Made by a program: the position numbers and the translations under genes. A stretch of DNA of 52,578 bases from Candidatus Eiseniibacteriota bacterium (lineage in GTDB: Bacteria; Arandabacterota; Arandabacteria; Arandabacterales; Arandabacteraceae), in assembly GCA_043810925.1 (NCBI GenBank), contig JBDRNT010000099.1, forward strand, positions 1-52,578, given 5' to 3'. A model generated the notes under the pieces. That model was not told the origin of the DNA. It was given only the letters and a program-made list of their open reading frames with translations, and ran no database searches. Positions 46,792 through 52,578 of this stretch are shown one piece after another; position 1 is the first letter of the stretch, and every line of letters starts with the position of its first letter.

Positions 46792-48294
46792 TCAAGAGGC
46801 CGGCCCCGTGTAGCCATAGCATCGATAAATGTAGAAAATCCTGAACACGCGACCGCCGTGGACAATCTTCAGTGGAGCAGCTTCTTCCACCAAGTCGAAA
46901 GACTCTCTTATTCTGTCGATATTTCGATATCGGTGGGCGTCGCCTGTCACGAAGATCGCGTTCCTTCCAATCAGTTCTCCTGTGTTGGTCCAATAATCGT
47001 ATTGCAGGCCGTCTTCTCCAATAATCTCTCGAGAGTATGTGGGCTCGTGATCCGGCGTATGGAAAGTGATCTCGCTCGGGATTCCGTACTCATGGCTAAA
47101 AATGAAGGCGCCCTCGCCCATCTCCTGTTTGATTCGCATGACGTGAGCTGCAAGTTCCTTCCACCCCGTCCATGTATCGTCCCGGCGCATCGGAAGGATC
47201 GGAGTGACCGGCAGCAAATGCGTGAGCAGAACCATTCCGAGACCGAGAATCAACCCTGGTCTGAAACACCTTCGAAATAGACTCGACAATTTCGTTCGGG
47301 CTGAATTCAACCATACAATGCCTGCAATGATCGATGTGATATAGGCGGGAGCCAGCCAATTCATCTTCACGAGACTCGTGAGACTGGCCAGACCAAATAT
47401 GACATAGACAGGGGATGCCATCCAGAATAGGAGCGAGTATTTCTCGTTATGCTCCCTGACGCTCAGCCAACCGGCCTGAAACCAGCCGATGAACGTGAAA
47501 AAGAAGACATAGGGCGTCAGCAGGCCCAATTGAGTGAGGAAGAGCTGGAAGACATGATCGAGCCCCAGGCGAGTCATATGCGAGAACCGGTTGGGGAACT
47601 GAAATACGAGGGATGCCCAGTCGTTTTGGTAGTTCCACACGATGACGGGGCTGAAGATCAAACATGCGACGGCAAGTCCCAAATACGGATGTACTGTCAA
47701 CAACCACTTTCTTTGCGATCGTGACAATAGCACGTGCATGAAAATACCGGGCACAATGAGAATTGCGGAATACTTGCTCAGTAGCCCCAGTCCCACTCCA
47801 ACGCCGGCAAGGTACCACCACTTGCAGTGAGCTGATTCCTGTAGCCTGACCAAGCTGTAAACACTGAGTGCCCAGAAGAACAGGAGAGGGACATCCGGTG
47901 TGATGATCACCGAGCCCACTGAGAAGATGATAGTGCAATTCATCGTCAGGACTGTGACAAGTGCCCATCTTTGATCCTTGAACAAGCGATTGGCGATTGC
48001 ATATCCGAGGATCGCCAGACCCGTCGAGAAGATGACGGCCCCCAGACGAACAAAGAAAACGTTGTCTCCACCGATCCATGTGAAAAAGGCAATGGTGTAG
48101 GCCGTCAACGGAGGGTGATCAAGATAGCTCAAAGCCAGATGCTTAGCATACTTCCAGTAGTAGGCTTCCTGCGGCACCAGGGGAACCAGATTGATATAGA
48201 TCAGCCTGAAGCCGGTTGTTACACCAATCAGATAGATCAGCAGTCTTCTATAATCTCGTGTAATCATCGGATGTTCAACGCCGGGGCTCAACAA
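46792..48294 (-). CDS. ArnT/PMT-like (GT83/GT39) integral membrane glycosyltransferase
   Basis: QEAYYW, YLDHPPL, TPDVPL, GLLSKY, SPVIVWN; many TM helices. Confidence 0.9.
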   Translation of the reverse strand: MLSPGVEHPMITRDYRRLLIYLIGVTTGFRLIYINLVPLVPQEAYYWKYAKHLALSYLDHPPLTAYTIAFFTWIGGDNVFFVRLGAVIFSTGLAILGYAIANRLFKDQRWALVTVLTMNCTIIFSVGSVIITPDVPLLFFWALSVYSLVRLQESAHCKWWYLAGVGVGLGLLSKYSAILIVPGIFMHVLLSRSQRKWLLTVHPYLGLAVACLIFSPVIVWNYQNDWASLVFQFPNRFSHMTRLGLDHVFQLFLTQLGLLTPYVFFFTFIGWFQAGWLSVREHNEKYSLLFWMASPVYVIFGLASLTSLVKMNWLAPAYITSIIAGIVWLNSARTKLSSLFRRCFRPGLILGLGMVLLTHLLPVTPILPMRRDDTWTGWKELAAHVMRIKQEMGEGAFIFSHEYGIPSEITFHTPDHEPTYSREIIGEDGLQYDYWTNTGELIGRNAIFVTGDAHRYRNIDRIRESFDLVEEAAPLKIVHGGRVFRIFYIYRCYGYTGPAS

Positions 48295-48398
48295 CCGTAC
48301 TCCCGCAGAGTGTCCGGTCTGTGACTATCCTGCGGATACGTGAAACGCGGAAGCGTGCTCAAGGATCTCATAAGATCCAATCTGTTTATGGCCTGATG

Positions 48399-48938
48399 TT
48401 ATTCCTCATTCTCTTTGCTCTCACCGGAATCCTCGAGGATTTTGCCGTCTGGAGCCACCATGACTTCGACTTCCTTCATGCCTGCGCTTTCAAGAACAAT
48501 CTCGTACCCTTCCAGGGCGTCCTTGCCGTCAGCTACCAAAGTAACCTCCATGATCTCCTTGATGGTGGATTTGGGGTACTTCGCCTCCACTATCTTCTTT
48601 ATGGCTTCGGGGAGGTCTTCCATCTTGATCGCTTTCTCCCAGTTGTGAATCGAGCCGTCCTCCTTGATATCCGCCTCGAGCTTCCAGCCATCTTGCTTGA
48701 ATTCAATATCGTATAGGAAGATATCGTCTTCTTCCTCCCTGGTCCACTTCTGGATTTCCGCGTTGGGGAACCTGGCCGTCAGCCCATCCATTACCACTCG
48801 GGGAATCGTGTCCAACCCGAGGTCGTCCATGGCTTTCTTTTCGGCAACCACCGCTTCCTCTTGCTTCTCACAGCCGAAACCAAGACAGATCAGGAGGATT
48901 GCCGAAAAGACAAAAAATCCGTGCAATGCAGTTTTCAT
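48399..48938 (-). CDS. PepSY-like/BLIP-like repeat lipoprotein
   Basis: Lipobox GFGC; two repeats P..V......FP...I....E....YxIE......E.....DG.I; SD GAGGAGG. Confidence 0.8.
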   Translation of the reverse strand: MKTALHGFFVFSAILLICLGFGCEKQEEAVVAEKKAMDDLGLDTIPRVVMDGLTARFPNAEIQKWTREEEDDIFLYDIEFKQDGWKLEADIKEDGSIHNWEKAIKMEDLPEAIKKIVEAKYPKSTIKEIMEVTLVADGKDALEGYEIVLESAGMKEVEVMVAPDGKILEDSGESKENEE

Positions 48939-49558
48939 TCTCTTCCTCCTCTTAGCAGTGCATGACCGTTTTCGTGTAGGTAGACCTGAGGCTACCCATG
49001 TATGGCCGTGTCAGGCGGTTCTTCTGTCTTTCCAAGGCAGCGCCCCGTCCTGCTTATGGCTCGTGACTACCACAATTAGAAAGCACACATAGCCGAACAC
49101 TCTCATTCCCCGACTTCCTTCTTCCGTGTACATTTTACTGCTGTGCACACCTATCCCGATAACTGCGTTACAAATGGCGGCTACTCGCGTGTGACGCCCG
49201 GTAACCGCCACCGTGAGGTTGCCATCGATCCGGCCGATTGTCAATGCCATCTCATGCATGGTGCGAGTCAGACGATTTCTGCCCAATTCCGGCCGTCGTC
49301 CGCCGGCATGCTCCGGACGGGTATCCAACGCGACAAGTCTCGCGTCTTTCTGGTGAGTCAGGACCGTGCGGAAATGACCCAGATGGTGCCTGATCTGGCG
49401 TAGCATAACCCACCCACATGCAAATATACAAAAAAGATATTGACCGTCTCGCCAGGCTGGAGTAAGACTGAATTTCAGAGCACTTGTACGTGAGCCGGCA
49501 CTCTGCGATGGGAAGACCGTTGTTCGCCACGATAGACCGAGTATAGGGAGGTGCAAAG

Positions 49559-51094
49559 ATGGGGCAGAAGAAGAAAGATGGAACAAGGAAGAAAGGAAAG
49601 AAGTTAACAACAGCATTTGGTATTCCTGTAGCGGACGATCAGAACAGCCTCACAGCAGGAGAGCGGGGACCTGTGCTTATGCAGGATGCTCACCTGCTTG
49701 AGAAACTGGGACACTTCGATCGGGAACGTATTCCGGAACGGGTCGTACATGCCAAGGGAGCCGGGGCGCACGGTTATTTCGAGGTCACGGCGGATGTGAG
49801 CAAGTATACCAGAGCCGGGTTCATTTCTGAAGTCGGCGAGCGCACCGAGGTCTTCGCACGCTTCTCCACCGTTGGGGGTGAGCGGGGTTCGGCGGATGCC
49901 GCACGGGACCCTCGTGGCTTCGCCGTGAAGTTCTACACCGAGGAAGGCAATTACGACTTTGTAGGCAACAACACACCGGTGTTCTTCATCCGGGATCCGC
50001 TCAAGTTCCCCGACTTCATCCATACCCAGAAACGAAACCCTGCAACCAACCTGCCCGATCCGGACATGTTCTGGGACTTCTTATCGCTTACACCCGAGTC
50101 CATCCATCAGGTCACGATCCTCTTTTCCGACAGAGGAACACCGGCCACCTACCGGAACATGAACGGTTATAGCAGCCACACCTACAAGTGGTATAACAAG
50201 AAGGGCGAGTACTTCTGGGTGCAGTATCATTTCAAGACCGACCAGGGCATCAAGAACCTGACCAGGCAGGAATCTACACGCCTCTGCGGCGAAGACCCGA
50301 ACCACGCGACTCGCGACCTGTATGAGTCCATCGAACAGGGCAAGTATCCTTCCTGGACGCTCGAGATGCAGATTCTGACCCCCGAGAAGGCCAAGGACTT
50401 CGGCTGGGATATCTTCGACATCACCAAGGTCTGGCCGCATGGTGAGGTTCCGCCCATCAAGATCGGGAAGCTGGTATTGAACCGCAATCCTGAGAACTAT
50501 TTCGCCGAAGTGGAACAGGCGGCCTTCGGTCCGGGGAACGTGGTACCGGGGATAGCCGTCTCACCCGATAAGATGCTGCAGGCCAGGGTGTTTTCGTATC
50601 ATGATACCCACCTGCACAGGCTCGGGCCCAACTATCACCTGATACCGGTTAATTCACCCAAAAACGCACCTGAAACCAGCTACCAGCGCGATGGGTTCAT
50701 GCGTGTCGACGATAATGCAGGTGGTGGGCCCAACTACTGGCCGAATAGCATGGGCGGCCAGGAGCCGGACCCTAAGACGGGTGAGCCTCACTTCGATCTT
50801 TCGGGCAAGGCCGGTCGCTACCCGTTCACATTTCCCAATGACGATTTCGTGCAGCCCGGCAATCTCTATCGCAAGGTCATGACGGATGAGGCCCGGGAGC
50901 ACCTTGTCGGCAACATTGTTGGCCATCTGGGCAACGCACAGAAGCGGATTCAGCTGCGCCAGTGCGCCTTATTCTATAAGGCGGATAAGGATTACGGCAC
51001 TCGCGTGGCCAAGGGGCTGGGACTCGATGTGAAAGAGGTGAAGCGCCTGGCGGCTATGTCGCAGGAGGACCGGGCCAAAGCTACGGCTGCATAG
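49559..51094 (+). CDS. katA: Monofunctional heme catalase (small subunit)
   Basis: [38 protein letters not shown], heme ligand region [10 protein letters not shown]. Confidence 0.96.
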   Translation: MGQKKKDGTRKKGKKLTTAFGIPVADDQNSLTAGERGPVLMQDAHLLEKLGHFDRERIPERVVHAKGAGAHGYFEVTADVSKYTRAGFISEVGERTEVFARFSTVGGERGSADAARDPRGFAVKFYTEEGNYDFVGNNTPVFFIRDPLKFPDFIHTQKRNPATNLPDPDMFWDFLSLTPESIHQVTILFSDRGTPATYRNMNGYSSHTYKWYNKKGEYFWVQYHFKTDQGIKNLTRQESTRLCGEDPNHATRDLYESIEQGKYPSWTLEMQILTPEKAKDFGWDIFDITKVWPHGEVPPIKIGKLVLNRNPENYFAEVEQAAFGPGNVVPGIAVSPDKMLQARVFSYHDTHLHRLGPNYHLIPVNSPKNAPETSYQRDGFMRVDDNAGGGPNYWPNSMGGQEPDPKTGEPHFDLSGKAGRYPFTFPNDDFVQPGNLYRKVMTDEAREHLVGNIVGHLGNAQKRIQLRQCALFYKADKDYGTRVAKGLGLDVKEVKRLAAMSQEDRAKATAA

Positions 51095-51135
51095 ACTGCG
51101 GGCAGTGTGTCTTGACTGTGGGGGTCGTATTCACC

Positions 51136-51816
51136 TCACACTTTTTCTGCACGAATATGCCAGTTTGAATAGAACTGCTGCTCCCCGTTGTTGTCCCAAT
51201 AGCCTTCGCTTCTCCAGCGTGCGATTGGTCGAAACCCGTCCAGCAGTTCATCCAGGTCAGCTTCATCAGCGAAATAGTGAATGTCGCCGGGCGTAACCGA
51301 TTTTGCACATCGGTAGGTGTGTGGAGCCACCAATTCTCCGAAGCCATATTTCCCGTCTTGCCGGCTGGGACAAGTGAAGAAGAATATGCCGTTCGGCCTT
51401 AGTAGTCTGCGCACGTGTCGGATGGCCTGCGCGAAGTGGTCGCGCGAGCCGTGGCAGATCACGTTATAGCTCAGCACAACATCAAAGGTCTCACCTGGCA
51501 GGGAGTCATCCAGCACGTCACAAACCCTTGTTTCGATTGAGAGGTTTAGACTCCGTGCCCAGTCCACCACGTGCTTTATAGCCGTGGCGGAGGCATCCGT
51601 GGCTGTTGTCGAGAACCGAGCCAGGGCAAAAGCAATAGCGTGGCGGCCAAGACCACAGCCAAGGTCCAGTGCTCTTGGTCTTTCAGCAGGCGAAATGGAG
51701 CGGATAAAGTCAAGCACTTCAGGTGCAGGCTTCTTCCACCAGTCGTGGTTATCCTGACGGCTCCAATAGGCTTCCCACGCATTGAGGGTTATCTTCTCGT
51801 TCTCACTTCGATTCAT
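51136..51816 (-). CDS. Class I SAM-dependent methyltransferase
   Basis: ALDLGCGLGRH, FDVV, LLRPNG; likely start ATG 51816 rather than 52056. Confidence 0.88.
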   Translation of the reverse strand: MNRSENEKITLNAWEAYWSRQDNHDWWKKPAPEVLDFIRSISPAERPRALDLGCGLGRHAIAFALARFSTTATDASATAIKHVVDWARSLNLSIETRVCDVLDDSLPGETFDVVLSYNVICHGSRDHFAQAIRHVRRLLRPNGIFFFTCPSRQDGKYGFGELVAPHTYRCAKSVTPGDIHYFADEADLDELLDGFRPIARWRSEGYWDNNGEQQFYSNWHIRAEKV

Positions 51817-51947
51817 GCTGCCCGAGTGCAAATCAGGGTGCGGTCTTCCAAGTGTGTTGCATCTGCCGGGTCTGCCTTCATAGGTAAAGGTCGCATGGTT
51901 CGCGCTTACAATCACTTCATGTCCCTGATGAAGCCCGGAATCGTGCG

Positions 51948-52109
51948 TCAGCCGAAATAGTGATGATTGACACGCCAGCCGAGATAGACGCCTATCGCGC
52001 TGCCGATGCAGCTGAGAATAAATCCTGTCATGAATCCGATTCTTGCCCCAATCCACCAGCCGACCCAGCCCACGATCGTCATACCGACAAGAATGCAGAG
52101 TCTCTTCAT
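51948..52109 (-). CDS. Small Gly-rich two-TM membrane protein (53 aa)
   Basis: MKRLCILVGMTIVGWVGWWIGARIGFMTGFILSCIGSAIGVYLGWRVNHHYFG. Confidence 0.7.
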   Translation of the reverse strand: MKRLCILVGMTIVGWVGWWIGARIGFMTGFILSCIGSAIGVYLGWRVNHHYFG

Positions 52110-52578
52110 GATTCTGTTGTCGTCAGTGGCGAACCAAGGCTTAAGTGGTTTCCGGACGGCACTCAATCACCAATATCACACGACTATCCTGCCTTCAAAC
52201 ACTTTCCTGGGCCGCCCATGCGCTGCTGAGCCATATGCGGCTTCCAGATAACACGGCGCTGCTTCGGGTCAAACCGGGTCCGCGAGCGCATCGGCTGATA
52301 TGTTCCGCACGCGTCCCCCAACGGGACGACTTTCGCAACTTTTTGATTAGCGAGGAGTGTGTCAGAATGTCACAGATGGCGGCGCATCTGGCATGAAAAC
52401 ACAGGTTTGCACTTGCCGTTAGGCACTCACCTCACCTGGATTCCGGACATAATCTTCTGCGGAGTGTCATGAATAGGCGGACAGGGCGAGCTCCTCGACA
52501 TCCTGCTAAAAACAGCGCCCGATGACCTTCGCAATGGCGAAGTGCTTACCGTTGTCTTCATTCCCACCAGTCACCACC

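Noticed and set aside
48940-49558. ORFs or a structured RNA between the PepSY-like gene and katA
   Set aside because: No recognisable protein or RNA motif; only a weak TTGACC-N17-TAAGAC promoter candidate.
1-52578. Global reassignment of TGA (genetic code 4 or 25)
   Set aside because: Many genes end in TGA at their natural C-termini, some with ATGA/GTGA overlaps; read-through is limited to Cys-motif positions with hairpins.
52506-52578. C-terminal fragment of a minus-strand gene (VVTGGNEDNGKHFAIAKVIGRCF)
   Set aside because: Too short to support as a coding feature.

Overview
GC-rich bacterial chromosomal segment, probably from an anaerobe of an FCB-associated candidate phylum (inference from FlgD-like C-terminal sorting domains, hgcAB and a class V FBP aldolase/phosphatase). 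It holds about 42 genes: two secreted enzymes sharing a 102-aa tandem Ig-like repeat, two ECF sigma/anti-sigma loci (one co-transcribed with a membrane-anchored CHAT protease), DNA repair (nfi, nth), amino-acid catabolism (kbl, pruA), copA, the mercury-methylation pair hgcAB, a NuoEF plus GltD/FDH-like electron-bifurcating oxidoreductase operon with its regulators, and a catalase. The main hidden signal is three genes that the ORF track splits or misses at an in-frame TGA, each followed by a bacterial SECIS-like hairpin: a TPR-TlpA fusion (UxxC), an Rdx/SelW-like protein (CxxU) upstream of copA, and a 228-aa protein of no family I recognise with a UCxxC motif, a candidate new selenoprotein. 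Two families of intergenic palindromic repeats are also present. No rRNA, tRNA, CRISPR array or transposase was seen. All calls come from reading the sequence by eye; no searches were run.
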